A DNA stretch of 63,714 nt, the filler included, from Rhabdomonas costata (lineage: Eukaryota), in NCBI GenBank assembly GCA_019059605.1. It is 45 parts of 45 records of this genome, joined end to end, with 100 filler letters (N's around TTAATTAATTAA, not from the genome) between each part and the next. Parts side by side here need not be neighbours in the genome. Positions count along the whole stretch, not along the records: positions 11,334 to 12,652 come from JAHMHO010019560.1; positions 12,753 to 14,071 come from JAHMHO010019561.1; positions 14,172 to 15,490 come from JAHMHO010019562.1; positions 15,591 to 16,907 come from JAHMHO010019563.1; positions 17,008 to 18,326 come from JAHMHO010019564.1; positions 18,427 to 19,745 come from JAHMHO010019565.1; positions 19,846 to 21,164 come from JAHMHO010019566.1; positions 21,265 to 22,584 come from JAHMHO010019567.1; 37 more parts are not named here. The stretch is one strand, 5' to 3'. Of this stretch, positions 11,993-24,498 are shown one piece after another. The notes under the pieces were generated by a model. That model had not been told where the DNA came from. It searched no databases and saw nothing but the letters and a program-made list of their open reading frames with translations. The translations under genes were made by a program, and so were the position numbers. Numbering within the stretch: the first letter of the stretch is position 1; every line of letters begins with the position of its first letter.

Positions 11993-13312
11993 CGAACACA
12001 AGGAAAGAATGCCACAGGCATAAAGACGTAAAGAAGCCAGCAAGAGCGATGCCAATTGAGATGTATTCGTGGCATCGCTAGGGTATCAGTCTTGCCAAAC
12101 GAGCGAGCACAGCCCCTGAATAGGAGTACATTGCCGAAAAGAAAGAAGCGCTTTATTCAAATTCATTGGCTTCTCTTTATGGGGTGCCCTCGTTTGTGGA
12201 AAGGACGATTTTGTGGTGATCAAGCTCACTGCGAAGAGCTTCTTCGAGGTGGGGTTCGCTGTCTCCGCGTTTCTAGTACATCATGGCCGCGGCGCGGACT
12301 TTATGCTAACCTCAGCGATCTTCCACAGCGACAGCGACCTGTAATATGGAATTTTTGAGCGCAGAACATCGATCAGGTGGGCTTGCCAGTCCTGGTGTAG
12401 TACGCATGTTCCCAGTTTGTGTGTATGGCTTTGAACCTTCTGTGCAACTTGCAGTTATGCTGTTCGTGTTGTGGACACCTTGCCTTCCGCGGTTCCTCCG
12501 GTGTGCCGCGCTGTCGTGGTTAGATTGGGTGGAGGTGGGGTGTTACGAAGACGCTCTTTGCCGGACCCAACCGAACCGTGTTCGAGGAAGCAGCTGAAAC
12601 TCATTCACGGGTTAGGGAAGACTCACACCCAACCACCAACCACACCCAACACNNNNNNNNNNNNNNNNNNNNNNNNNNNNNNNNNNNNNNNNNNNNTTAA
12701 TTAATTAANNNNNNNNNNNNNNNNNNNNNNNNNNNNNNNNNNNNNNNNNNNNCGTGAGCCCTCCAGCAGCGGCTGCGCCTTCCCCCAGACAGCTTGCCAT
12801 CCGCGTTCCCGAAGGCGGGCCGCCATGGACCGCTGCCCCACCTCACCAAGCCGGGTCTCCTGGAGCACCAGCACGGACCCCGGGAAGTCCACCCAGCGAG
12901 GTGACGTTGGCCGACACCACGTCCAGACTCCCCGCCGCGGGGCCGGGGGCCCACTCCCCCGATGATGACTTGGAGTCGTCATCTTCCATGGAGTCTCGCC
13001 TGACGGAGCCACCTTCCTGAGAAGGCGCCGGGTTCGGGGAGGGGGGGTCTCGGCTCGGACATCTCTGCTTATTAGGCAAGATCTTTACAAAGCCCTTGTT
13101 CTCGGACAGAAAACAAAAATGCACCAGTAAAGCGTGTCCGGTGTCCGCATCGTAACACAGACAGCTGTGAATCATCGTTTCCGAGTGGCATAACCTGATG
13201 GTGAAATCCTCGTGAAGGAGACAGGAGTTCACAGTGTAAAATGGCGCTTTCGACACCATCACCAGGGGTGGGGGAGTGTACTTAAGTCTCACTGATCACA
13301 TTTCCTTTGCAG

Positions 13313-14071
13313 GACGATGTCTTTGATCTGAAAGACAGCAGCAGCTCCGACCCTCTTCCCGAGAAAGATTTGATTGATAAACTGAGGCGCCTTACTGCAA
13401 AGGTTCGCCTTCGTGCTTTATTTTCAACTTTGTGTGTGTGTAAGTGTGTGTTTTCTCCCAAACGGAAATTTTTGGGCTCATCACAGGATCAAGCTGAGGA
13501 AGACCTTCCACTGCTCGAGGCACTGCGAGTCTTTTTCGAGAATGATTTTGCTACTGCGGAGCATATCTTTGCCAAAAGAAAAGCACAGGACCCGCTGGCA
13601 TCTGCGGCCTACAGCTCCTTGGGCTTCATGGTTCCAACTTTCTGCACATTTGTTTTCATTTTCGGTGAATATATGATCCCTTTTCGGAAGGCCAAACCCG
13701 CTGGCTCTCTTCTTCTTTCACCGTCTCTCCACACCCTCAATCAACTCCCAAATGCGTATCCCGCTGCTGGAGATTTGTTTGGCACTCCTTCAGCAGTGTA
13801 CCTTTTTACTTGATGGAGCACATTCGCGATGCACACTTGGTATCGTTTTCTTGATCTTGCGTGGGGTTAGGAAGCTACGCACGTGTCCCTAAATAAGGTA
13901 CACTGCTGAAGGTATGCCATTTGTTTTCCCAGAGTTGTGGTTTAGCAACCGTGCAGACCGAATTTGTTTTGTTGTTCAGAAAGCCGCCATGTCGTTTCAG
14001 AAGGATGACCTTGACGCCGCCATGGAGAGGCTGGCTGCTGCTGAAAAGCTTGCCACAGCCGTTATCCCACA
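13313..14071 (+). CDS. TTC39/IML2 family TPR protein (partial)
   Basis: Phase-0 exons 13313-13402, 13487-13630 and 13980-14071 give LEALRVFFENDFATAEHIF..LASAAYSSLGFMKAAMSFQKDDLDAAMERL, which resembles the TTC39 N-terminus. Confidence 0.75.
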
Positions 14072-15590
14072 NNNNNNNNNNNNNNNNNNNNNNNNNNNNN
14101 NNNNNNNNNNNNNNNTTAATTAATTAANNNNNNNNNNNNNNNNNNNNNNNNNNNNNNNNNNNNNNNNNNNNTTTTTGTTGGGACTTTTGAAAAGGGTAGA
14201 GGCGCATTTGTGTGTGTGCGTGTGTATGTACGGAGGTCAAGGAGGACTCAAAAGTACCATTTCCCAGCCTCTGACGAAATGGTAAAACCATTTACAGGGC
14301 CACTGGGCGGCGTCACAGCCAGGTGGGAACGGGTCAAAACTTACCGCACAGGCATTAGACCCTGAACTGCGCAAGTACCTAACACCCCAAACTAACCGTG
14401 GCCCAAGTTTTCGCGGAAGCGACGTGTCACTGAATCACCACTCTTGCAGGTGAGCAACTTTGAGGAACGAAAAACAAAACGAAAAAGACCCGACTAAAGC
14501 CGCTTAACCTGGTGCTCCGTGTGAGGGTGCCTGGCTTCACAGTGGCGGGCGAGCTCTGCAGCGACCTCCCCAAGCGTGGTGGCCACCAAGGGTGGGGCTC
14601 GGTTGGCCATCTTTGGAGCCAAGCTCTCCAAACAGAAAGTGTGACGAACGGGAGAGCAAAACGAATACCTCTTCTTCAACCTAACGAAGACACGCTTTCA
14701 GCGAAAATAGCAGAAAGCAGGGAAGAATGACGAAACGTGCCCCCCACCCCGCACCAACCCTAATAGTGCCCTCGTCGTCAGCGTCTTCCCTACTAAGCCC
14801 CCACACAAGTGTCAAGCGGTCCCCAAGGGCTTCATGCGGCCTCCCTGGCTGTTTTTCTCCAAATAAAAAACACGTGCAAATCTCACTCCTTAGTCACGCC
14901 TCCACCCTCACACCAAACCCTAATAACGACGCTATACCCCATTCCAGCGGGGGGGGGTTTCCAAAAGCCCCAGCACGAATGCGCAAATCTTACCGAAGGC
15001 CCGAGCGCCTCAATATCACAGGGAATTGAATGAGATACAATTGAGAGCACCTTGCCATGAATTGCCGGTGGGTTCTACTGCTTGAGTTTTTAATGTTTAT
15101 GTCGCCGACCACATTGGGTCACTTTCAATGAGGTGCAAACAAGGGAAAGTGCGTTCTTGTTTGGACTTACAAGCAGAAACAACCCTGTAGACTAGCTGGT
15201 TTCATAATAAAAGACCACGTATTCCCATATCAGACAGAAACGCGTTGACCATGCCATCTTTGTTGGCAGAGTAGCACAAAACCGAAACCGATCCGATTTC
15301 TAATTTCAAAAACCATGAACCATCAAACACGAACGAACCAGGCAATTAGCAGATGAAACAAAGCAACAATACAACGGCACACAATCGGATATAACATCCA
15401 CACCACACAGTAAAGTTCTAAATGAGAAACTGTGTCAGCGTGGCTGCATACGGATACATAGTCATGCTGCACCAACGGTCCACAAACACCNNNNNNNNNN
15501 NNNNNNNNNNNNNNNNNNNNNNNNNNNNNNNNNNTTAATTAATTAANNNNNNNNNNNNNNNNNNNNNNNNNNNNNNNNNNNNNNNNNNNN

Positions 15591-16000
15591 GTGTGGGTGT
15601 GTCCTACCTTCTTCCCCAGTTCGATCTCACCAAGTGGCTGAAAGACAGAGGAGTCACTCCACACCATTCCTCATCCGCCGCCGCCGTGCCGACCGCGATG
15701 GTGGCGCCTGTGGCGGCAGCTGCCCCCACCGCTGCCCGCTCATCCTCATCGCAGCTGCAGAATCCAGACCAGCAGCAGAACCCTGTGCCCACCACTGGCT
15801 TGCGGGCGGGGTGCTCCTCGCTGGGCTCGAAGTGCTCCCCTCTCTCCGACGAGGCGCCATCCTCCGCGGATGTGTTCCACGCTCCGGCGCCTCCCTCGCA
15901 CACCGCTGTCACTGTGCAGGCATCACACGCGGAGACCCCAACCTCCCTGTCGTCGGACCAGAATTTCGGCTCCCCTTTGGAGCCCCAGATCCGCCAGTGA
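15591..16000 (+). CDS. Hypothetical low-complexity Ala/Ser/Pro-rich exon
   Basis: GC-rich open frame with coding-like codon usage. No recognised domain. Confidence 0.35.
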
Positions 16001-17438
16001 GCAGTGGTTATGGTGCCCCTTCATTGTCGCCGTGTTGTTGTTTGTTGTCGGCTCCTCTCAGTGCACACGTTTTGCATTGTACAACCAATTTGTGTTCTGT
16101 TTTCCTGGCTGACATTGCTCGCAGTGCTGTGCTCACACTGAGTTTTTAAGAGTTTTGCGGGCTTGATCCACTCCAACGTCGCAAACACACCTTTTATTTT
16201 CGTTACTCCTTGGATCTCCATTGCGCCATTTAAGTTCCGCGCAGCCCATGTTGGTGTGCCATTTCAAGTCGGGAACCGAAGCACTGCAACGGATCAGCTC
16301 ATGTGGGCAGCTGACTTCGAGGCATGGAAGCGCCACTTGCTCAACCTGGTGGAAGACCACCTGAAGCATTTCAAGGATGAAGGTTGGATTGCCCGAGGCT
16401 GCCTATCCAAAGAAGGTAAGGAGGCTTTGAAAAGCCTCCATGAAACCATGGTGGCCTCCCAAGTAGACAAGCCGCAGCACAACATGATGTGTGATGAGTA
16501 GGGGCTGCTGATGGACATGACTTTTTCAAGGAATAAATCTTCCACAATAGGAAAGCGCATGTTACAGTTTGCCAGGGTTCAAGGCAGTACGCAGCAGCGG
16601 TTGCACAGAAGCACAAAAGGGCCGAATCTAAGAGAGGGGGCTTCTAGGAGAGCGCGCGGGCAGACGAAGAAACAGGCGCACGGAGGCGCAGGGAAGGGGT
16701 CTTTTCTAGGGGTGCCTCCGGTTTTGCTACCTTGACGCGTGACGCTTTATCATTTATGCATGGGTAGTGCTTAGGTTAATAACATTCCTGACTTGAGGGG
16801 TTCTCAAAAGCACAAAGTTGGATCCCACCCGCTCTTCAAAAAGATAAGCTACCAAGTAGTAAATACGAAGGGCACGCAGCTCAATACATGACGTGAAAAT
16901 AAAAGCANNNNNNNNNNNNNNNNNNNNNNNNNNNNNNNNNNNNNNNNNNNNTTAATTAATTAANNNNNNNNNNNNNNNNNNNNNNNNNNNNNNNNNNNNN
17001 NNNNNNNTCGGCAACGGAGCAGCCTGAACTCGTGCTCATTCCCCGCCCCCTTGATGGATTCCACCACCACCGCCTCCTCCACCGCCACCTCCTCCTCGCG
17101 TAACCTCCAAGCCTTGCCAGCTTCGTTTGGAGTGGTGTGTGCGTGCGCGTGTGTGATACTCGCATCCACAGTTACATCCGTCCACACAACTCAGTTTGCG
17201 TTGTTTGCTTAGACAAGATTTATGCTTTTTGACGCACTTTTCGCCAAATGTTACCCCTGGAAGTGGTTTGTTGGGTATCCTTCTTTTGGGGGGCTAATAA
17301 TAATGACCACATCTTGGGGCGATTGCGTCGGTTTGGACAATCGTTGAAATCTGTGGGTGTACTATGCTCGTGTGCGATAAAATCATTTGCGAATTCAGAT
17401 ATGTTAGCGATAGCATATCAAGTTTAAATGTAGTTCCA

Positions 17439-17835
17439 ATGGAAGATGAACTGTGGGATCGCGAACAAGTCGAAGCTTGGGCTTCCATACCGGGCCAGGG
17501 GAATCGAGCTGCGGAAATCTACGGTAACCTCCACTACACACGCTCGCGTTCCTGCCAATAGGCGCCCATTCCTTCACGGTGTTCCCACAAACCCCACCGC
17601 AACCAGCGCAAGCCTACATTGCGCGGCGTCACCCACAATTTTTTCTGCAATGCTTTGCATGAGAATCTCGGTGGCGCAAACGTCAGGCAGGGTTCACGCT
17701 GTTTTCGTGGATTTGTGGTGGGTTGGCCTTCGTCAGGCAGGTGGAAACTCCCGCTCTCGGCTGGGCCAGCTGGTTTCCAGTCTGTACTCCAAAAAGCAGG
17801 CGTGCCCTCAGTGCGGCCAGCGCTTCGACACAATG
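17439..17835 (+). CDS. Zinc-finger protein, PCF11-like motif
   Basis: Exons 17439-17523 and 17741-17835 join in phase 1. LVSSLYSKKQACPQCGQRF resembles the PCF11 pattern hIxxLY...QCxxCGxRF. Confidence 0.45.
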
Positions 17836-18535
17836 GTGTGCTGAGTGATGTCCCAGGGCGTCGAGTTTTTTTTTCAGCGGATGTTCGAGCATTTCTGAAG
17901 CAATCGAATGTGATTGAATGATTTTGCAGAAAGCTTGATTCAGTGTGAAAGAGCGGGATGTGCTGTCGCTGCCAACTTCGGAATTTAGAATCAAGCAAGC
18001 GATATTTTAGATATAGCCAACGACGAGCAAGGCGTCAAAGAACATTTCGATGGCAAGTAGTGCCGTGCTACCTGGTGCCACGGTCTCTTTCGTTTTGTTC
18101 TCATTGTTTCTTTTGCCTCACAAAGTATGAACATTTGACGGGTGGGACCAAAACGGTGCCTAGTAGGTATGAGCAGAGTTTGGTGAAAGAGCTGTTGTCG
18201 GCCGTCCCCAGGCGTGTGTGTGCGGAACGTGTGGTAGCAGGGGTTGGTGTCTGGTTTTGCTGTGGCGGTTGCCTCTTACACCAAACTCTGCTCATACCTA
18301 CTAGGCACCGTTTTGGCCCCACCACANNNNNNNNNNNNNNNNNNNNNNNNNNNNNNNNNNNNNNNNNNNNTTAATTAATTAANNNNNNNNNNNNNNNNNN
18401 NNNNNNNNNNNNNNNNNNNNNNNNNNGTGGTGGGTGTGTTTGGGGTTTGTGGGGATCCTGCAAAGCATGACGGGGTCATGTTGGGGTCATCCTGAGTCCA
18501 CTCTTGGCGCTCATTCGCCCTAAATGATCCCTCCT

Positions 18536-18957
18536 CTATGCGCTCCGCGCAGATCTGCAGATACGCTTCACTTGACGTGCCTTTGTCGTGGCCTGCTTCC
18601 TCACCGAATGCATCAGCTTCTCCACCTCAAGCATCCTCCGGTCCACGCGCCTTGCCACTGCGGTGGACTCCTTCGTCAGCTTCTCAGTGGTATCCATCAT
18701 CGATCCCGTGGACGCGAAGTGCTGGCGGTTCTTGAACACCGACAGCCCGATGCTGTCGTAGGCCTCTCCAGGCCGCACGTACCGCAGCGGGGTCTCCGGG
18801 CCAACGGGGAGACGGGGCTTCCCCGACTTTGCCTTGGCCGAGCCCTTGGGGGACGTCTCCGCGCGAGGGCCAGGGGCGGGAAGGATCCCCGTGGGCGGCT
18901 TCTTGGGGAGCAGGGGGGCAGACGCCTTGCGAGACTCTTTGTGAGGAAGGAAGAAAG
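18536..18957 (-). CDS. Hypothetical protein exons (helical/coiled-coil)
   Basis: GC3-rich minus-strand frame YDSIGLSVFKNRQHFASTGSMMDTTEKL..LEVEKLMHS. Exon boundaries are uncertain. Confidence 0.4.
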
Positions 18958-19848
18958 CTGACAGTGGTCATCAAATGAAATGAGAAAAGATTTACAGGAG
19001 AAAGTCCACAGCAGTAAAGAAAAAATTGTGACCGCTTTGAGTCTCACAAGGTTGGTGCTGTAAAGTTGTGTCTCAGTATGTCGGCGGGTGTGTACTCCTA
19101 CAGAATCAACTTTTTCCTGGTGTGCGCACATCACCTTCTCACCCGATGTTTTGTTGACCCCACCTAAAAAGGACAGGAGCAGACAACCGCCAAAATCCAG
19201 CGTTTGTTGTTGACATCCTGTCGAACTGAGGAATGGCGGACGGCGGGCCGATATTAAAAAGAAAGCCTGCACACTTCAAAGACCTGCCCAGGCAGTTTGC
19301 CAGCACATGAGAGGATTACCACACCATGCAGTGTGCTAGTCAAAAAGAAAAAAAATTACCGGGTGCGGCGTCCCTGGCTGTTCTCACAGACTCCCGCATC
19401 GCGAGCAGTTTTGACGCCGAGACTCGAGCAGGCACACTGAGCAAAGAGAAAAAAGCGAGGTGAAACTGACCTCAAGATGCTGAAACAAGGAAAGCAGCCA
19501 AAAACGCTGTTGTGGGACACCCAAAACGAAGACCATCGCTCTCACTTGCCAATGTGAAGGCCGCAAAGAAAAGCTTAGAGCAACACGGGCCTCAACATGA
19601 CTGACCAACACTTTGGGTTTGCCCAAACACACAAAAAAAAGAAAAGAAAACGTTGGGTAAGTCAGGCCCACCTGCTGGTGGATCGGTTATTGACATCCGT
19701 GGAGGACGAAATCCACGTGAAGTCCATAACCGATCCACCAACACANNNNNNNNNNNNNNNNNNNNNNNNNNNNNNNNNNNNNNNNNNNNTTAATTAATTA
19801 ANNNNNNNNNNNNNNNNNNNNNNNNNNNNNNNNNNNNNNNNNNNNGGG

Positions 19849-19908
19849 GGGGTCCTGCTGAGGGTGAACCCCTTAGACCCCCAAAACGTTCACCCTCAGC
19901 AGGACCCC
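19849..19908. repeat. Perfect 21-bp inverted repeat with 18-nt loop, at contig start
   Basis: ggggtcctgctgagggtgaac pairs with gttcaccctcagcaggacccc. Confidence 0.92.
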
Positions 19909-21264
19909 TCCCCGTCCTAGTCGGGACAGGAATGTCGTCTTTATGATCCTTACCATTCTCCTGCCAACATTCCCAGAAGCATGACAATGGGAGAGTTGAA
20001 CTCCCACCACCACTCCCAAGTTTCACATGTCTTATCCGACATAATGTTTGTTTGAAACATGCTGCGTGTCATTGTCAAGGATCGTTTTCCGCAGATCTCA
20101 AGAAGACATTTTGAGAAATCATGCAACGATGCGCTTGCTGCAAGGCATGGACAGAATGCATAGCAAATCTGATCAGAGTTGCAACGGGGACCGTAGCCTT
20201 ACAGACACTTGTGCTGGCGTCACTTGTTCGTGATGAACTGCATAGTGAGAAACTGCAAGACGGAACACAGCATTATACTGTCTTCGTGTTTCTTTGAAGA
20301 GTATCGCTCTGGAAGATTCACTGATGATTCACAGCATTTATTTAAAGCGGAATCACAAACTCAAAGACAAAATTGTTGCTTGAAGGAGTGGTTGATTGTA
20401 AAAAAAAAAGAAATGAAGGCCACGTGATCTTGTTCGTGAAAGACAAATCGTTTGAACGGTTCGTATTGATTAGTGGCATCGTTGAGATGTGGGGCCCCAC
20501 GATGGGGGGTTAGCGCGTTGCCCCGGACAACTTAACCGGCCTAGGAGTGCAACAGCTGTGGAACTGAAGCAGTAAGTTGCGCTGATGCTGATGACCAATA
20601 AACGAGAGGAGTTGGTCAGGATTACAAGCAAGACCAAACCGGCCAGAACGACAACCGACACCCAGTCGTCTGCAATGTTTTCTCGGGACATGTTCGGAGT
20701 GAACGTAACCAAAACGCGTCCGCGACTGTCGGCCCCACGACCATGCACATGACCGTTCCCACCGACTGCACGTCTAAAGCGCCACCGACCACTTTTGTCC
20801 CACCCGCAGTTGCAACAGTGAAGCAGTGCTATACTTCAACCCCGGTTCCGGGTTGGAGCAAATCCGTCGCTTCGAATGAGCGCTTTCGCACGAGATGAGA
20901 AGGGGTGAGAACAGACGTCCTTAGTTAAGCACCAACTTGGGAGAAAGACCCAGGTTCACGAAGAGAACAACGTCGTCCGAAGAAGGAGAGGAGAGTTGGC
21001 TCGATTCCATATTTACCGTCTAACGCGCTGGTCTCGCTCAGGCGGGATGGTGAAGTCCCCTGTGGAAACTGCGGGCATAAGTTGCTTGAAGAATGATCAG
21101 AGTCTCGAGCAGTCCCTCGAAAAAGGTCTGAATTCGTCCCACAAACACGCACACACAAACACCCNNNNNNNNNNNNNNNNNNNNNNNNNNNNNNNNNNNN
21201 NNNNNNNNTTAATTAATTAANNNNNNNNNNNNNNNNNNNNNNNNNNNNNNNNNNNNNNNNNNNN

Positions 21265-22584
21265 ACCCCAGTGACTCCTGTCTTGGGTTTCATCCACCAC
21301 ACAATGCACACTTCACGCTCATAAACCTCAGTATTCTAGGTATTCTGGGATGCATACATCGCACAAAACATGACCTTCAAAGTAGTCCCTCCCTTTTGAT
21401 ACCTATCTACTTCAGCATTTTGTAATTGTGTGTAGGTCTGAGTACCTGTGGGTACACGTGAGTTTACACCAAGATTGCCTCGTGTGCGTTTGCTTTGCAA
21501 CCTTCAACTTTCATTTGGTGAGGGTGAGTTTTGTGCTTTTCCATCTTGGGGTAGCGTGCATTCTTGAGCAACCAAAATTTAGAGCAGGGTGTTGAAAAGC
21601 GTCAAATTCAATGCAGAAGCATCACTTGAAGCTGCTTTTTTGGGGCACGTTCCTACCAAGTCACCCATATTGCGAAGGTCGTGGACAATTACCGTTACTG
21701 CCACTGTACGCAGTCTTGTCCGCAACTCAACCTGTTGAACATACTTTGGCCCGGTCAGGTTCCCGTGGTTCGGATTAAGCCCCATCCACAAGTTCCATGG
21801 CCAAGGCTCGACAGCACAAGGACAAGAGGACACCTACTCCAACGGAGCAAGACAAGAGCTTCTTATCAGCGTCGCTACCAAACCTGTTTCTTTGCACTGT
21901 CTTACCTTTTTGCTGCGTGGGCGTGTTTTTGCCCCCGCTAAACCCCACCAAATTTGGAAAGCCTTGCGTGCCAGACGCAAAGAACTAAAGCCCGTCAGAG
22001 AGTCAGGTGATCCATTTTATAATACGTCCGACTTTTTCTCATCAAAAATAAAATACTTTTTTTAAAGTATTCCGTCCTGTAGAACAGTTCGAGCTTGAAA
22101 GTGCCTTGGCCTACCCCGCGAAGTCAAATAACTTTGGTGGCAGGTAAAAAGACTGAAGATTCGGGGTGTAATTGGTGCATTGGGACGCGCCAGCGGCGTA
22201 TTTCATGATGGCCGTGGAATTCAAGGATAAAAGAAACAAGATCAAGAACATCACATCGGGGCAAGTCGGGAAAAACTACAACTGAAGGGTGCGACAAAGG
22301 AACACAAACAAAGCGACCACCCAAGTCAGAGAAACGATTGGTTGACAGACTAGTATTTTGACCCAGCTGGAACTTTATCAACCTTCTGCTACCACCTCTC
22401 CTCCGTGTTCCTTCCCGACAAAACTTTCGCTTTGTGAGCGCTGGCAACTTACCTAGGTGAGGAGACTTTCTTTCCCCCGAGTTGGCCTCGCTTTCTCCGA
22501 AGGCCTGGTAGAGCCTGGCCTCCTCTCCTGCGATACCCCAGTGACTCCTGTCTTGGGTTTCATCCACCACACAATGCACACTTC
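21265..22584. repeat. Terminally redundant contig: 1270-bp circular or tandem unit
   Basis: The first 50 nt (21265-21314) are identical to the last 50 nt (22535-22584). Confidence 0.9.
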
Positions 22585-23346
22585 NNNNNNNNNNNNNNNN
22601 NNNNNNNNNNNNNNNNNNNNNNNNNNNNTTAATTAATTAANNNNNNNNNNNNNNNNNNNNNNNNNNNNNNNNNNNNNNNNNNNNGGGGTGGTGTGGCAAG
22701 TGCGATTTCGGGTGTTAGGGTTGCCATTGTTTCGGCAGAAACTCCTTTTCCTGCGTTTGCTTAAATTGACTCAAGCCAGCGGAGGGATCCACGAGCGCGG
22801 TCCAGTTTTTTTTGGAAATCGGAGTATGAGAAATCGGAACTGATAATGTATGTGCAATTGAATAAGGCGAACTCTTACCCTACTGAGCTTGCAGAGAACT
22901 GACGTATGGTATTGTGGCTCCTCGAAGAGGCAGCGTGTTTTGTTCATTTGCTTCCCTCTCCCTTTGACAGTTTCCTCCCTATTGAGCTAAGCTGCAGACG
23001 GACCTTTCAATGGGTACCTTGCCGACAGCGGCATTGCTGCTGCTGTTTCTGAGTCAGGGGTGTCACACTCTTCTTCACCACCGAAGCCCCGTGGAAGGGT
23101 TTCACTCGAGCACACTCGGGGAGACGGATGAGGTTTTCCTGCTTCTTCTTCCTTGAGATTCAGATTCAGATTCTTTCTTTCCGCGTGTATGTGCTCAGGT
23201 GGAACTATTCCGCCGTTGTTTTGCTTACCCGGTGAGCTTACATAGCTGTTCCTTGCTAGAATATCGGAACCCCAAAACTTCCCGTCCAGACACATGTGCG
23301 GACACGCGACGGTCGCCCTCGGCTCCTCGGCAAGTCTTCCATTAGC

Positions 23347-23950
23347 AGGCCACACTATAAATCAAGTCTTTACAATCAAGTGTGAGGGAAACGTTGGTAA
23401 CAAACAAAATGTTGAAGTAAGACCTTACAGGAGCTTGCAGCACATGATTGTCTTAAGTGCCTCCTTCCTTGCATTAGTTTGGAGGTAAAGGGATGCTTTT
23501 CTGCTACTGTTCTGCACCTACTCGTGTGCGCAGCTTCGAGTTGTCCTCCAGGAGCAGCCGTCGACGGGTTATGAATGGGAACCCCTCTTTGATGACCAAG
23601 TGATTACCTTGAAGCAGGTCTCCCACCATTGTCCCCAAAATACCAGTCGCCGCCTTGTGGGACAGCCCTGTGATGTGGAGATGTGGTTTGTCGGGGTGTC
23701 CGAGGAGCGCAGCACCCCCGTGCAGTTCCAGTACCGCCGGCTGTGGGAGACCAGCCCGCCTCTTCGAACCATCTCCACCGCCGTGACTTCACTGAAGCCG
23801 TACCGTGGGCCCCGGCAGTTCTCCACCCTCGTTCTAGACGAGCCTCCGCACAGCCTGCCGCACTCCCGTCATCGTGCTCAGGGCACGGGCAACCTCCCTT
23901 TGGTGTACGATCCCCGAGTCCTGCCAGGCTTTCCTTCGCCAAAAGACCAG
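23347..23950 (+). CDS. Chagasin (I42) inhibitor domain followed by the start of a papain-like C1A domain
   Basis: An exon ending at 23416 (5' boundary uncertain) joins exon 23534-23950: VGNKQNVELRVVLQEQPSTGYEW..RRLVGQP..VQFQYRRLWE (the three chagasin loops), then LPLVYDPR..SPKDQ|gt. Confidence 0.7.
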
Positions 23951-24103
23951 GTTCGCGTACCTTGCGCAGAGGGGCCCTGAGTGTTTCGGTGTGGGCTCGG
24001 CTGNNNNNNNNNNNNNNNNNNNNNNNNNNNNNNNNNNNNNNNNNNNNTTAATTAATTAANNNNNNNNNNNNNNNNNNNNNNNNNNNNNNNNNNNNNNNNN
24101 NNN

Positions 24104-24498
24104 GTGGTTGGGTAGTACCACCGCGGCTGGGGGGGCTGGCTGAGAACGTCCAGCATTTGCCACCAACGGCAGTACAGAGCAAAAGGAACAGGCACGGTCT
24201 GATTTTTGGCTTTCTCGCACGAAAACCCTCGTGGGAGAAGGTCTGCCGTCACCGCAAACAGGTATCTCTGGTAGGAAACATTGAAACCCACGGCGGAGAT
24301 GGTGGAGATTGTCTGGGGTACCATTTGGGAAGCAGAGCTAACGCCCGCTTCCCTTGGTAGACTGATGCTGCTGTTGCGAGAGTCGATAGCTCCAGAGGCC
24401 AGTGTGAGCGCTCGGGGTTTCTTGTGCCACAAGAAAAGCCCACACGGAAGGACCACGAACATCACAAGCAAACTCCACCTCCACACAGACGGGGACAT
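24104..24498 (-). CDS. Type II membrane protein N-terminus (signal anchor plus S-rich stem; glycosyltransferase-like topology)
   Basis: ATG at 24498, hydrophobic WSLLVMFVVLPCGLFLW, frame open to the contig edge. Confidence 0.45.

Noticed and set aside
11627-12081. Proteins with AVQCS/LHCTA repeats
   Set aside because: These are translations of the (CAGTG)n microsatellite.
16499-16501. Stop-codon reassignment (TAG read-through)
   Set aside because: No in-frame TAG occurs in any conserved exon (cyclophilin, RFC, kinesin, HDAC, MAK16). Pseudogene decay is the simpler explanation.
20230-20325. Possible C/D box snoRNA (GTGATGA...CTGA)
   Set aside because: The short motifs are expected by chance, and I could not identify a terminal stem or rRNA-complementary guide.
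21959-22015. U4 snRNA-like start (AAGCCTTGCG...TCAGGTGAT) in the self-overlapping contig
   Set aside because: The U6-pairing stem II (CTTGCGCAGGG) is not maintained (CTTGCGTGCCAG here). No 5S, SL or tRNA sequence was recognisable either.
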